Notes: generated by a model not told the origin, from the sequence alone. 64,000 nt of DNA from an uncultured bacterium (GCA_964348275.1 CAYGBT010000007.1:3046-67045), one strand, 5' to 3'. Numbered from the stretch's first letter, positions 25,298 through 35,809 are shown. Numbers and translations: made by a program.

Positions 25298-27580
25298 GTG
25301 GCTAAATGTGAAGTAACACCGGACCAAACGCTGGTAGCGCCACGGGGGACACCGCCCGCTCCAGGCGTGAGTGAGACCGTGTCGAGAAATCGGGCACTTC
25401 TGCTTCTCCGCTACACCCTCATCATCGCGATGGCCTACCTGCTGTTCGTTGAGCACAATTTCTCATCCCTCCCGATCGGCGTGATCCTGCTGATCGGTCT
25501 CGCGGCGATTTCTAATGTGGCGATCATGTGGCTCCCCGTGTATATCACCGGCTCGACGGCCTTCAATGCCAGTATCATCGTTGGTGACACCGTGTGGATC
25601 ACGGCAGCGTTGCTGTACAGCGGTCTCTTTCATCCCGAATTTTTTTATTTCTACTTCTTTGTGCTCTTCCTTGCGGCGATCGGCGAAAATCTGGGCCTGA
25701 TCGCCGTGGGCGCGGTCCTCGTGTGCACCGGCTACATTGCCCTCCTCTCCGTCACCGGCCAGACCGCGTCGTTGTGGACTACGCCGGTACTCATCCGCAT
25801 CCCGATTCTCTTTACGGCCGCACTTTTTTACGGCTACCTCGTCGATGGGACGCGTCGCGAGCGACACCGCGCGCGCGAGGAGGCGCAGAGAGTGGAGCAG
25901 TTAGAGGAGATTCGGCAGCAACTCGCTCATCACGCACAGCACGTGGAACGGGCCAATGAGGAGTTGGCCTGGGAAATCACCGACCGCAAGCGGGGGGAGG
26001 AGGCATTGCAGACCGCGAAGGATTATGCGGAAAACCTCATCAACAGCTCCCTCGACATGATTATTGCCGTCGACGCCAATCGGAACATCGTGGAGTTCAA
26101 CCGTGCCGCAGAAGAGACCTTTGGATACCGCAAAGCCGAAGTCTTAGGCAAGCCCGCGGACTTCCTCTATGCCGATACCGCCGATTGCTCCCAGGTGAGT
26201 ACCAGTATGTCGCAATACGGCAAATTTACCGGCGAGGTCACGAACAAGCGAAAAACCGGCGAGGTCTTTTACTCGTACGTCTCGTCGTCGGTGATGCGTG
26301 ATTCCAACGGCGCGATCATGGGGCAGATGGGCATCTCACGCGACATCACCGACCGGAAGCGCGCGGAAGAAGCATTACGGTGGTTGGAAAAAGCTGTAGA
26401 AACGATGGAGCTGGGTGTCACGATCACCAACACCGAGGGAAAAATTGTGTATACCAATCCCGCCGACGCCAGCATGCACGGGTATACGGTCGAGGAATTG
26501 ATCGGCAAAGATGCTCGCATCTTTGCCCCGCGTGATCTCTGGAAACCCATGGCACGTGCGCAGATGCAAGACATGGATACCTGGACGCGTGAAAGCATCA
26601 ACGTCCGGAAAGACGGGAGTCCGTTCCCCGTCCAGTTGATGTCCGGTGCCGTCACCAACGCCGCGGGAGAGCCCATCGGCATGGTGACGCTCTGCGAGGA
26701 CATCACCGAGCGCAAGCGAGTCGAGGATGAGTTGAAAATCACCCAACTGCAACTGATTCAGAGCGCAAAACTTGAATCGGTGGGCCAGTTGGCTGCGGGC
26801 ATCGCGCATGAGGTCAAAAACCCGTTGCACATTATCCAGCAGGGCCTTGCATACCTCACCCGCGGTTCTGTGACCCCCGATGACGACAACGTACCGCTGA
26901 TCTTAGAAAAAATGCAGAACGCAGTTAAGAGAGCGGACCGGGTGATCTTAGGATTGCTGGATTTTTCTGCGTCCAGTGCCATCGACTTGACCCCCCTCGC
27001 ACTGAACGCGGTGGTGGAGGACTCGCTGCTTCTTGTCAAGCACGAGTTCGTCAAGGCGCACGTCACCGTAGTCAAAGAGCTGGACGAGGGTCTCCCGTTG
27101 ATCAAACTGGATCGGCACAAGATCGAGCAGGTCTTTGTCAACCTCTTCATGAATGCCATCCAGGCCATGCCCGCAGCAGGGATGGTCACCATTCGAACAT
27201 ATGCGAAGCACCTCACCCGATTCGGGTCCCACGTCGGGAGACGAAAAACCGACCAGTTCCGCATTGGAGAGACCATCGTCGTGGCCGAAGTCGAAGACTC
27301 CGGCACCGGAATCCCCCCTGATAAGCTCAAGCGGGTGTTCGACCCTTTTTTTACAACGAAACCCGTTGGGCAGGGCACCGGATTAGGACTGAGCGTGACG
27401 CGTAAAATTATGGAGCTTCACGGGGGGATCATCGAGGTTCGGAATCGACCGGCGGGAGGCGCGCGGGTGACTCTCACCTTCAAAGCCGAGACAAGCGCCG
27501 AAGAAGACGAACGGAAATCACAACCCCAGAACGCACAGCACAACTCCGGTAGGGATCGCAAACGTCCCTGCACAGATTAA
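25298..27580 (+). CDS. Membrane-anchored PAS-PAS sensor histidine kinase
   Basis: Multi-helix N-terminus, two PAS-like segments, H-box HEVKNPL, N-box NLFMNAIQA, and G-boxes DSGTGI and GTGLGL. Confidence 0.9.
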   Translation: MAKCEVTPDQTLVAPRGTPPAPGVSETVSRNRALLLLRYTLIIAMAYLLFVEHNFSSLPIGVILLIGLAAISNVAIMWLPVYITGSTAFNASIIVGDTVWITAALLYSGLFHPEFFYFYFFVLFLAAIGENLGLIAVGAVLVCTGYIALLSVTGQTASLWTTPVLIRIPILFTAALFYGYLVDGTRRERHRAREEAQRVEQLEEIRQQLAHHAQHVERANEELAWEITDRKRGEEALQTAKDYAENLINSSLDMIIAVDANRNIVEFNRAAEETFGYRKAEVLGKPADFLYADTADCSQVSTSMSQYGKFTGEVTNKRKTGEVFYSYVSSSVMRDSNGAIMGQMGISRDITDRKRAEEALRWLEKAVETMELGVTITNTEGKIVYTNPADASMHGYTVEELIGKDARIFAPRDLWKPMARAQMQDMDTWTRESINVRKDGSPFPVQLMSGAVTNAAGEPIGMVTLCEDITERKRVEDELKITQLQLIQSAKLESVGQLAAGIAHEVKNPLHIIQQGLAYLTRGSVTPDDDNVPLILEKMQNAVKRADRVILGLLDFSASSAIDLTPLALNAVVEDSLLLVKHEFVKAHVTVVKELDEGLPLIKLDRHKIEQVFVNLFMNAIQAMPAAGMVTIRTYAKHLTRFGSHVGRRKTDQFRIGETIVVAEVEDSGTGIPPDKLKRVFDPFFTTKPVGQGTGLGLSVTRKIMELHGGIIEVRNRPAGGARVTLTFKAETSAEEDERKSQPQNAQHNSGRDRKRPCTD

Positions 27581-27594
27581 AGGAGGAACGAGAC

Positions 27595-27960
27595 ATGCCC
27601 AAGAAAAAGATCCTGATTATTGACGACGAGGAAGATTGCTGCACGATGCTGAAGTTCAATATCGAGGCGACCACTGACCACGAGGGTCTGGCAGCGACGA
27701 GTGGCGAGGCGGGCCTCGCGCTCGTCAAGACGCACAACCCGGATCTGGTCCTGCTCGATATCATGATGCCGGGCATGGACGGGATCGAAACCCTGAAGCG
27801 GATCAAGGCAATCGCGCCCGATCTTCCGGTTGCGATGGTCACCGCCATCTATAAGGAACCGGAGGCAAAAAAGTGCTTTGATGCCGGGGCATACGAGTAC
27901 ATCACAAAACCGGTCGACTTCGATTACCTCAACACCGCTCTGCTCGTGAAGCTCTTTTAG
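27595..27960 (+). CDS. Single-domain (CheY-like) response regulator
   Basis: DDE..LLDIMMPGMDG..K receiver signature; 14 nt after the kinase stop. Confidence 0.9.
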   Translation: MPKKKILIIDDEEDCCTMLKFNIEATTDHEGLAATSGEAGLALVKTHNPDLVLLDIMMPGMDGIETLKRIKAIAPDLPVAMVTAIYKEPEAKKCFDAGAYEYITKPVDFDYLNTALLVKLF

Positions 27961-27990
27961 GATGACGCGGCTTCACGCGCGGTATGACGC

Positions 27991-28006
27991 GTGTGTGTGT
28001 GTGTGT
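27991..28006. repeat. (GT)8 dinucleotide microsatellite
   Basis: Direct reading. Confidence 0.9.
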
Positions 28007-28274
28007 CGTCACGGAGCATCCGGGGACACCTTCCCTACCCGCAGGCCATTCCCGAGCTGAGAGGGGCGAGCCGAGAGCGGAAATCGCCCCCGTCCGTACC
28101 GGACGAACGGGGAAGCACACCGAGTGTACTGTCGGTTCAGCTTCTTAGAATTCCTTGATTTTCTTAAAGGCGGTGAGGTGGAACTGATCAGCAATCCGAA
28201 GGCTTAGTACGAGTTACGGTTGTAGTTGCTGACACACCATCACGATCTACGCTGGGCGAAACAGTGCTGTCCCG

Positions 28275-28637
28275 TTACCTGTCCCGTATCCCGGCGAGGA
28301 TGTATTCATTGATCAGGCGCACGCAGTTATCGGAAAGCACGAAAAACTCCAGGCCGCTCTGGTAGATGTGCTCGTGCTCCCCCGTGGGCCAGACCTCATA
28401 GCGCTGCTTAAGGGATCGGACCACCCGGCATTTCAGGGCTGCCTGCTGTCCGCCGGTCGGGAGGTTCAGGAAAAGTATCGTCCCAGGCCGGAGGGGATGC
28501 TCGTGTTCGATCAGCGCCCCACCCTCGCTGATATCGAGGAGTGAGACCTTGTGGTCGGGAGCAATCCGTCCTTGGACCCCCCAGACCCGCCACCGCAAGT
28601 GGCACCGCCTCTCTCTCTTTACCGCTTCAACTAACAT
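28275..28637 (-). CDS. PilZ domain protein
   Basis: RRCHLR ... LLDISEGGALIE (RxxxR and D.S.GG). Confidence 0.8.
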   Translation of the reverse strand: MLVEAVKRERRCHLRWRVWGVQGRIAPDHKVSLLDISEGGALIEHEHPLRPGTILFLNLPTGGQQAALKCRVVRSLKQRYEVWPTGEHEHIYQSGLEFFVLSDNCVRLINEYILAGIRDR

Positions 28638-28655
28638 GGCTGCACCTCCTCGCCC

Positions 28656-28830
28656 AAAATAAAACGGCCTTCCGGGCTATGCTCCGTCGGGGAGGGCGTC
28701 TGAGTATTCAGTGCGCCACCGAGACTGCCGCTGGTGGGCCCAGGAACTCTGGTCACCCCGGTTCCATTGGTACATCTCGCTTAGAGTTGCAAGTTGACAG
28801 CTGAGCGGTCTCCTTGTCTAGCAACGATCC
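28656..28830 (-). ncRNA. Candidate structured RNA element E ending in an intrinsic terminator
   Basis: Similar over most of its ~175 nt to 30546-30722. Stems CTTGC/GCGAG, CCACC/GGTGG and TGA/TCA are conserved with different loops. Hairpin ACGCCCTCC..GGAAGGCCGT is followed by TTTTATTTT, 18 nt before the PilZ start. Confidence 0.4.
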
Positions 28831-29068
28831 GTGTGACAATGCTAAGGATCGCGAATGCTCTTTCTTAAAGTTTGTGGCGCGGAAAACAAACCGTCAAGAT
28901 TCTTTACCCTCCGACTTCGTGTTCCTGAGGAAAAATTTCGCCTTGGTGTGACGAGCGTCAGGAGCAGGACTGTCCGAGATCAGCCATTGGCGTATACGAG
29001 CCTGGACGGGTTGGCGGGAGGCCTCAGGGGATAGGAGGGTCTCAGTAAAGCTCGCTGCGATGGCCGCC

Positions 29069-29593
29069 CTATTCTCGCGGGCCGACAGCAATGAAGCTAA
29101 AGCCGCGGTCTTCCGAGATTTCACTTTCCCCACCCGGACCCAGTCTTGACATGGTAATGACATGCATTTTATTCTTACTGTTGAAGTTGACAACTCGTAT
29201 CATGCCCGATGGGGGGTCAGGATTGTCAATGCTTGCAACTGTTGAAGGGTAACCGCCAAATGGAGGCTCAAAAATAATTTCATAGCGGCCCACGCTTGTT
29301 TTATTGACGGAAAATCCTTCCGCTTGAAAGATTGTTCCGTCCTTTCTGACCACCCCCCTTACAATCCGAAGACTCTCGCGGCTGCTCGCTGCATATGACT
29401 TCCCATCCGAACCTAATTTGACATCTCCTCTTACGTCTAGCTTGGCCCCCGGCATCGACGTCCTGATGCCGACACCGCCGGATCTGTACACGGAAGCACT
29501 AGTATTGTTCGGTCCAGCCCACCGTGCGCACCCGAAAGGAGTTGCTGCAAAAAGAACGCAGGCCATTGTTTCTACGGCCTTCAGTTTCATCAT
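29069..29593 (-). CDS. Secreted hypothetical protein
   Basis: Signal-peptide-like N-terminus and a GVGI.T..P.AKLDV.GD segment reminiscent of tail-fibre-like proteins. Confidence 0.55.
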   Translation of the reverse strand: MMKLKAVETMACVLFAATPFGCARWAGPNNTSASVYRSGGVGIRTSMPGAKLDVRGDVKLGSDGKSYAASSRESLRIVRGVVRKDGTIFQAEGFSVNKTSVGRYEIIFEPPFGGYPSTVASIDNPDPPSGMIRVVNFNSKNKMHVITMSRLGPGGESEISEDRGFSFIAVGPRE

Positions 29594-29775
29594 ATCCTAT
29601 TCCTCTCTCTTTTCATCGACGTTGACTTCTTCTCGCTTTGGATCATGGACGGGTCCATGTGGTGACGGTCGTTTTCCGATTACACAGCGCATGTTCCCCG
29701 TGTACAGGAAGTCGTGCCGAGGAAAATTCACCCCAAGCCTGAAACGACGCTGGAACCCTTCACCTCCCTCCGTGG

Positions 29776-30405
29776 CTACCGGACGCAGACGCGGTCGATC
29801 CAAAATTCCTGGCCGCCGGTTTTTAGTGTCTGAACCGCCCCGGTGATAGTCACGAGGCCTCGCTTATCGTTGCCATCAACGGACACTGCGTTCACGACAA
29901 GAGTCGCGCCGCCGACTGGGAGTGGTCCTGGAATCTGTGTCAGCTCCAGAGGCAAGACCGGACTTTCATTAACAGAAACGTTCTCGTTGCCGCCCGTATC
30001 CAGAAATTCGAATTGGACCTGGGAAGGCTGAAAACCCAGTTGGCTGAAGTCGAACTGCAGGTTGATATTGTTGGTGCGGATGGTCTGCCCGCTGCCAAAC
30101 CCTTGCCGGGCCAAATCGATGTACGCGCGATTGAAGGTTCCACCGCCACTCATCCAGGTAAAATCGTGGACCGAAACCGGGATGTCGTTCGCCGCAAAAA
30201 TCACGTCCCCGCTGCTATGGCCGGCGGGTGCCCCATATTGCGTCCTGATCGTGAGAGGGAGCTCAAAGTCGATGCACACCACGGTATCCTTTGCAGGAGG
30301 ACAGCAACATCCCGAGCACACCACTGATTGCGTCGGCGAAATACACCCGGCCAGGACGAGGCTCAGGCCGATGGCCACCCCGATCGATCGGCTGCTCTTT
30401 GTCAT
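29776..30405 (-). CDS. Cys-rich lipoprotein, hypothetical
   Basis: ATG at 30405 with AAGGAGGG 7 nt upstream, lipobox LAGC, and CSGCCCPP. Confidence 0.65.
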   Translation of the reverse strand: MTKSSRSIGVAIGLSLVLAGCISPTQSVVCSGCCCPPAKDTVVCIDFELPLTIRTQYGAPAGHSSGDVIFAANDIPVSVHDFTWMSGGGTFNRAYIDLARQGFGSGQTIRTNNINLQFDFSQLGFQPSQVQFEFLDTGGNENVSVNESPVLPLELTQIPGPLPVGGATLVVNAVSVDGNDKRGLVTITGAVQTLKTGGQEFWIDRVCVR

Positions 30406-30545
30406 GCTTTTGCCCTCCTTTCTCGCATTCCCGAATGTGTCACTTCGCCGGATCATGCTTCACGACGCGCCTTCAGACCAGAGATCCTTTGAAGTCACCG
30501 GACACCAAGCAACTGAGAAAATTCCCGCCATTCAGTTCGACGCGG

Positions 30546-30722
30546 AAACAAAAACGCCCTCCGGGCCCTACAAGGCCCAAAAGGGCGTCTGAATCCTTCA
30601 TGCGTCGCCCGATCCACCTGTGGTGGGCCGGGGATTACATTACCCTTATCCCGGTTCCATTGGCACATCTCGCTTACAGTGGCAAGTTGAGAGTTGAGTC
30701 GTCTCCCTGTCTAGCGACGATC
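30546..30722 (-). ncRNA. Candidate structured RNA element F ending in an intrinsic terminator
   Basis: Paralog of element E. Hairpin ACGCCCT..AGGGCGT is followed by TTTTTGTTT on the minus strand. Confidence 0.4.
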
Positions 30723-30927
30723 TACGCGACAACCTGAAGGGCCGCCAAGAAGACTGGCGCTGTGTGCGCAAAATGTGCACTGAGGTAAAGAAAAGTCAAT
30801 GCCATTACGCAACTGCTGAGATGATGTTGAACAGCAAATTCCCTGAATTTCGACATGGAAGAATGCTCCTGAAGGAATGGAGATAGGTCTTCTGTGGTTG
30901 TTCAGTCGGTGGCTGGGGAGAAAGGTG

Positions 30928-31338
30928 TCAATGCTTCGCGCGGCGCCTCACCGTCTCCCTGAAGCACTCGACGACCTCGTCGATGGGCGTGTCGGGCCCC
31001 AGTATGCCCTCGACCCCCATCGCCTTCAGGGCCTCAATGTCCTCCGGATCGATGATCGTCCCGCCGCCGAGGACCGGAATCTCCTCAACCCCCTTTTCTT
31101 TCAGGAGCTCCAGGATCCGGGGAAAGATCGTCATGTGGGCGCCCGAGAGGAGGCTGATCCCGATGACATCCACATCCTCCTGGATCGCCGCGTGGACCAC
31201 CTGCTCGGGCGTCTGGTGGAGCCCAGTGTAGACCACCTCCATGCCCGCATCCCTGAGGGCTCGCGCGATCACCTTTACCCCCCGGTCGTGGCCATCCAGG
31301 CCGCATTTCGCCATCAGGACCCTGATCGGCTTCTCCAT
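30928..31338 (-). CDS. Acyl-CoA mutase B12-binding subunit
   Basis: DGHDRGVKV (DxHxxG) cobalamin-binding motif. Confidence 0.9.
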   Translation of the reverse strand: MEKPIRVLMAKCGLDGHDRGVKVIARALRDAGMEVVYTGLHQTPEQVVHAAIQEDVDVIGISLLSGAHMTIFPRILELLKEKGVEEIPVLGGGTIIDPEDIEALKAMGVEGILGPDTPIDEVVECFRETVRRRAKH

Positions 31339-31377
31339 ATGTGCCCCAAGACATCATGGGATCGAACTACGCGTGCC

Positions 31378-33063
31378 TCAGAAGACCGGGATCTCCGTAT
31401 ACGTCCCCCAGATCTCCTTCAAGACCTTCACGATCTCCCCCGCCGTAGCGAAGGCCTTGACACATTCGATGGTGATCGGCATGAGGTTCTCATCTGTCCG
31501 GGCCACATCCTGCAGGTCACGGAGGAGTTTGTGTACCCGGGTATTGTCCCGCTCGGACCGCACGCGCTTTAGGGTAGCGATCTGCCGCTCTTCCACATCC
31601 GGGCTCACCCGATGCAGGTGCAAGGGGGGCCCATCCTCTTTCTCCTTATATTTGTTGACGCCGACCACCACCCGCTCTCCCCGCTCCTTCTCGAGCTGGT
31701 AGGTGTACGCGGCATCGGCAATCTCTTGCTGGAAGAAGTTCTTTTCAACGGCCGCCAACGTCCCCCCCAGCGCGTCGACCCGGTCGAGATACGCTTGCAC
31801 CTCGGCCTCGATGCGGTCCGTCAGGGCCTCCACCAGAAAGGAGCCGCCCAGCGGGTCGATGCTACTGGTCACCCCGGTCTCATCGGCGATGATCTGTTGC
31901 GTCCGGAGGGCAATCCGCATGGCCTCCTCCGAGGGGATCGCCAACGCCTCGTCCATCCCGTTGGTATGGAGCGACTGACATCCCCCGAGCACCGCCGCGA
32001 GCGCCTGGAGCGCCACACGGATCGTATTGTTATGCGGTTGGACGGCCGTCAGGGAGGCGCCGGACGTCTGGCAGTGAAAGCGCAAGCGCATCGACTCGGG
32101 CGCGCACGCCCCGAATCGCTCCTTCATAATTCGCGCCCAGGTCCTGCGGGCAGCGCGGAACTTGGCTACCTCTTCGAAGAAGTCGCTGTGGGAGATGAAG
32201 TAGAAGGAGAGGCGCGGCGCAAAGGCATCCACATCCATCCCGGTCTTCAGGACCTCATCCACATAGGCGATGCCGGCGGCTAACGTAAAGGCCACCTCCT
32301 GAACAGCGGTGGCGCCCGCCTCTCTAATGTGATAGCCGCTGATGTTCACGGGATTGTAGCGCGGGAGATGTGTCGCCCCGTAGATGATGGTGTCGCGGAC
32401 GATACGCATAGAAGGCCGGATGGGAAAGCACCACTCCTTCTGGGCGATGTATTCTTTGAGGATATCGTTCTGAATGGTGCCCGAGAGGCGATCGAAGCGG
32501 ATGCCCCGCTTCTCCGCCACGACCAGATACATCGCCAGGAGGATCCAGGCGGTCGGGTTAATCGTCATGGAGACGCTGATGCTCCCGAGATCGATCCCGT
32601 CGAGAAGCACCTCCATATCCGCGACGGTATCCACCGCCACGCCTTCCCGTCCTACCTCGCCGAGGCTCCGGGGATCATCGCTGTCGTACCCCATGAGGGT
32701 CGGCATGTCGAAGTCGATGCTGAGGCCGGTCTGCCCCTGCTCGATGAGGAACTTGAAGCGCCGGTTCGTTTCCGCAGGCGTGCCAAAGCCGGCGATCTGG
32801 CGCATGGTCCACGGTCTGGCGCGATACATGGTGGGATACGGTCCGCGGGTAAAGGGGTAGCGGCCGGGGAAGCTCAGCTTTTCCACGTAGGTGCTCGAGT
32901 CCGAAAGGTCTAACGGGGTGTACAGCCGTTCGATGGAGAGACCGGAAAGGGTCCGAAATTCTGACCCCTGCTCCGGGGCCCGTTCTTGAAAGGCCCGCAG
33001 CTCCTGCGCCTCCCACGACTGCAGGTCTCGCCGAATTTCATCCAGCCGGTCTCGGTCGAACAT
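31378..33063 (-). CDS. Methylmalonyl-CoA mutase family catalytic subunit
   Basis: 561 aa; FPGRYPFTRGPYPTMYR and TIQNDILKEY signatures. Confidence 0.9.
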   Translation of the reverse strand: MFDRDRLDEIRRDLQSWEAQELRAFQERAPEQGSEFRTLSGLSIERLYTPLDLSDSSTYVEKLSFPGRYPFTRGPYPTMYRARPWTMRQIAGFGTPAETNRRFKFLIEQGQTGLSIDFDMPTLMGYDSDDPRSLGEVGREGVAVDTVADMEVLLDGIDLGSISVSMTINPTAWILLAMYLVVAEKRGIRFDRLSGTIQNDILKEYIAQKEWCFPIRPSMRIVRDTIIYGATHLPRYNPVNISGYHIREAGATAVQEVAFTLAAGIAYVDEVLKTGMDVDAFAPRLSFYFISHSDFFEEVAKFRAARRTWARIMKERFGACAPESMRLRFHCQTSGASLTAVQPHNNTIRVALQALAAVLGGCQSLHTNGMDEALAIPSEEAMRIALRTQQIIADETGVTSSIDPLGGSFLVEALTDRIEAEVQAYLDRVDALGGTLAAVEKNFFQQEIADAAYTYQLEKERGERVVVGVNKYKEKEDGPPLHLHRVSPDVEERQIATLKRVRSERDNTRVHKLLRDLQDVARTDENLMPITIECVKAFATAGEIVKVLKEIWGTYTEIPVF

Positions 33064-33134
33064 CGCTCTCCTCGCTGGGCCTACCGCTTTCGGTGAGGCC
33101 TTTATCCCGCCGGTTCACGGATATGAGTCACCGA

Positions 33135-34565
33135 TCAATGTGTGTGTTTGAATTCCTCGAAGAGTTCACGATTATCCACGACTCGCCGCGCCTTGAACTC
33201 GGTCCGCGGCAGCTGTCCCGGGGCCGTCAATTGGACCACCGCCCTCACCCCGATGAGCGCCTTGAGCCGGTCTTCCATAAGCTGCTGGAGCTTTGGAAGA
33301 CCCTCCGGATCGTGCCGGGCCTTCTCTGCCGTGTCCTGGTTGTACTCCGCCTGGACGACCAATCGATCCATGACCTCTTGCCGAGAGACGAGCATGCGAA
33401 ATTCCTCGCCGAACCCCGGGATGGCGCGCAGGACCTCTTCGATTGCGGACGGGTACACGTTGTGTCCGCGGATGATTACCATGTCATCGACGCGGCCGTA
33501 AATCCCCCTGGGGAGGCGAGGATAGGTCCGACCGCACTCGCATGGCTTATCGGTCCAGGTCGCGAGGTCTCCTGACCAATACCGGATCATCGGTTGCGAG
33601 GTGCGTTCCAGGTGCGTGTAGACCGGGACCCCCTCACCACCGAATGGAACCGGTTCCTGCGTCTCGGGATGGAGCAGCTCGCAGTAAACAATATCCTGCC
33701 ATAGATGCATCCCCTGGCGAAACTCGCACTCGCCGTTGGACATCCAGGGAGTCATTTCGCCCATAGACCCGGAGTCCAGACACTTTGCCCCCCCGTACGT
33801 CTGTTCGATCCGGCGCCTGGTGGACGGAATGCCTGCCCCGGGCTCCCCGGAGAAGAACATGATCCGGAAGGTGAAGTCCCTTGCCGGATCGATCCCCTCC
33901 TCTCTCGCGACCTCGGCCAGGTACAGCGCGTACGACGGGGTTCCGTAGAAGGCGGTCGCCTGAAAATCGCGCATGCACCGGACCGCCATGACCGTCTGAC
34001 CGGGAACCCCCGCCCCGAATGGAAACGACGTCAGGCCGAGACGCTCGGCACCGACCAGCGCTCCCCAGCTGCCGATGTACAGGCTAAAGAACGATCCGAT
34101 GAAGAGGCTGTCACCCGGCCGGAGCCCCATGCCCCACATCACTCGTGCGTGCGCATTGGCGATCCGTCGCCAGTCATCCCACCCGATCCCGTAGGCGGTG
34201 GGCTTGCCCGTCGTGCCTGAGGTTCCGTGGATCCGGAAGATGTCTTGGAGGGGAATGCAGAGATAGCTCCCGAAGGGCGGTTGGATCTTCTGATCGTCTA
34301 GAATCTCTTGCTTGGTCACGATGGGGATGCGGCGAAAGTCATCGAGGGACGTGATGTCCCCGGGCTCGAGGCCTGCCGCCTTCCACTTGCGCCTGTAAAG
34401 GGGAGCATGGGCGTACGCATATTCGATCTGCGCCCGGAGTCTCTTGAGGATAAAGCGTTGTCGCGCCTCCGGGTCCATGGTCTCCCGATCCCGGAACCAG
34501 TATCGCTCCCTGGGATCCGGCAGATAGCGCTCATCGTACACCGGGGGCCACCGTTCTGCCTCCAT
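33135..34565 (-). CDS. Phenylacetate-CoA ligase (PaaK/F390 synthetase) family protein
   Basis: GTSGTTGKPT AMP-binding motif; ATG at 34565. Confidence 0.85.
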   Translation of the reverse strand: MEAERWPPVYDERYLPDPRERYWFRDRETMDPEARQRFILKRLRAQIEYAYAHAPLYRRKWKAAGLEPGDITSLDDFRRIPIVTKQEILDDQKIQPPFGSYLCIPLQDIFRIHGTSGTTGKPTAYGIGWDDWRRIANAHARVMWGMGLRPGDSLFIGSFFSLYIGSWGALVGAERLGLTSFPFGAGVPGQTVMAVRCMRDFQATAFYGTPSYALYLAEVAREEGIDPARDFTFRIMFFSGEPGAGIPSTRRRIEQTYGGAKCLDSGSMGEMTPWMSNGECEFRQGMHLWQDIVYCELLHPETQEPVPFGGEGVPVYTHLERTSQPMIRYWSGDLATWTDKPCECGRTYPRLPRGIYGRVDDMVIIRGHNVYPSAIEEVLRAIPGFGEEFRMLVSRQEVMDRLVVQAEYNQDTAEKARHDPEGLPKLQQLMEDRLKALIGVRAVVQLTAPGQLPRTEFKARRVVDNRELFEEFKHTH

Positions 34566-34735
34566 CGCTTTACCCTTGATGCTGGTCGAAACACGGCTTG
34601 TCGCGGAAAACAACGGAAGGAAAAAAGTAACCGCATGCTACCATGCGCCCGAGGGACTGTCAATTTTCCACCGGAAACGCTTGAGCAAGCCATCAGCCCG
34701 CAAAAGTGATCCCGAAGGCCGCTCCGGGAACCGCC

Positions 34736-35092
34736 TTAACGGCCGATGAAGAGTCGACTTCCCCGGTGATTGCACCCAAGGTGGGAAAGGGGGCGTCCGT
34801 GTTCAATCTGGCGGTGGGACAGTGAATGAGGCGTGAAGAAGGGGTCGGGATACGAATCGTGTGTTAGATCGCTAAATCGGTGCAGTGAGAAGATTGGGCG
34901 CCGATGGTGAAGGTCATGTCGAGGACGGACAGATCCACGGTGGTGGCGGAATCCGAATCCCTCATGTCGTGGTGCCTGATGGAGTCCAAAAAAGACGCCG
35001 CCCCGGGCGGCCACTGTGGCCGGAAGGGCAACCAGGAGCATTGCGACCAGGAACAGCCTGGCGACACTCTGTTGTAAGTTTCTCGGTCTCAT
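34736..35092 (-). CDS. Secreted His-rich protein
   Basis: ATG with AGGAGGAG upstream, signal peptide, and HRH-rich mature part. Confidence 0.6.
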   Translation of the reverse strand: MRPRNLQQSVARLFLVAMLLVALPATVAARGGVFFGLHQAPRHEGFGFRHHRGSVRPRHDLHHRRPIFSLHRFSDLTHDSYPDPFFTPHSLSHRQIEHGRPLSHLGCNHRGSRLFIGR

Positions 35093-35140
35093 CGACTCCT
35101 CCTGATCATATAACGGTGGACACCTCGAAAAAGTTCCCTA

Positions 35141-35809
35141 TCAGAGGGAGGCCACGAGGTCATCGAAGCTTTTAACCACCAGATCCGGCTTGGGTCCCAG
35201 AGGGTCCAAGGGGGCCCCGGTGCGGTTGATCCAGCAGACCTTGAGGCCGAAAGCTTTGGCCCCGACCGCGTCGAAACCGTTCGACGAGACAAAGAGGATC
35301 TCGCGTTTCGGCCGTCTGAGGTGCTTCGGGGCGAGCTGGTAGACCTGGGACGCGGGTTTGTAGCGCCTGACCGCATCCGCGCTGAGCACCCACTGAAAGT
35401 GGGCGCTGAGCGCCGTGTGCTGAAGGCCCGTCCGGAGCATCTTCGGGGACCCGTTCGACAGGATGGCCAGGCGATACTTGGCCTTGAGTCGGGGCAGCGC
35501 CGCAGGAACCTCGGGGTAGGGGGTGGGACGGAGCCAGGCTTCCATCAGGCCCTGCCGCTCTGTCCCGCTAACCTGTATTGCGAAGCGGCGGATGGTAAAC
35601 TCCAGCGCTTCTTCTGTCACTCGCCAGAAATCCCGGTACTGGCCCATCAGGGTCCGCAGGAAGGTGTACTCGAGCTGCTTGGCTCGCCACTGGGCCGTGA
35701 AGATGACCGGATCGGGCACAACGTCTTTGCAGGCCTCGGCCACGGACCAGATGTCCACCACCGTCCCGTACATATCAAAGGCGATCCCCTTCACCCGTAC
35801 TCTCGCCAT
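35141..35809 (-). CDS. Haloacid dehalogenase type II
   Basis: AFDMYGTVVD nucleophile motif; ATG at 35809 with GAGGAGGG upstream. Confidence 0.85.
   Translation of the reverse strand: MARVRVKGIAFDMYGTVVDIWSVAEACKDVVPDPVIFTAQWRAKQLEYTFLRTLMGQYRDFWRVTEEALEFTIRRFAIQVSGTERQGLMEAWLRPTPYPEVPAALPRLKAKYRLAILSNGSPKMLRTGLQHTALSAHFQWVLSADAVRRYKPASQVYQLAPKHLRRPKREILFVSSNGFDAVGAKAFGLKVCWINRTGAPLDPLGPKPDLVVKSFDDLVASL

Noticed and set aside
28638-28830. c-di-GMP riboswitch upstream of the PilZ gene
   Set aside because: The sequence does not show the GEMM-I or GEMM-II features I remember. The element also has a paralog upstream of an unrelated lipoprotein gene.
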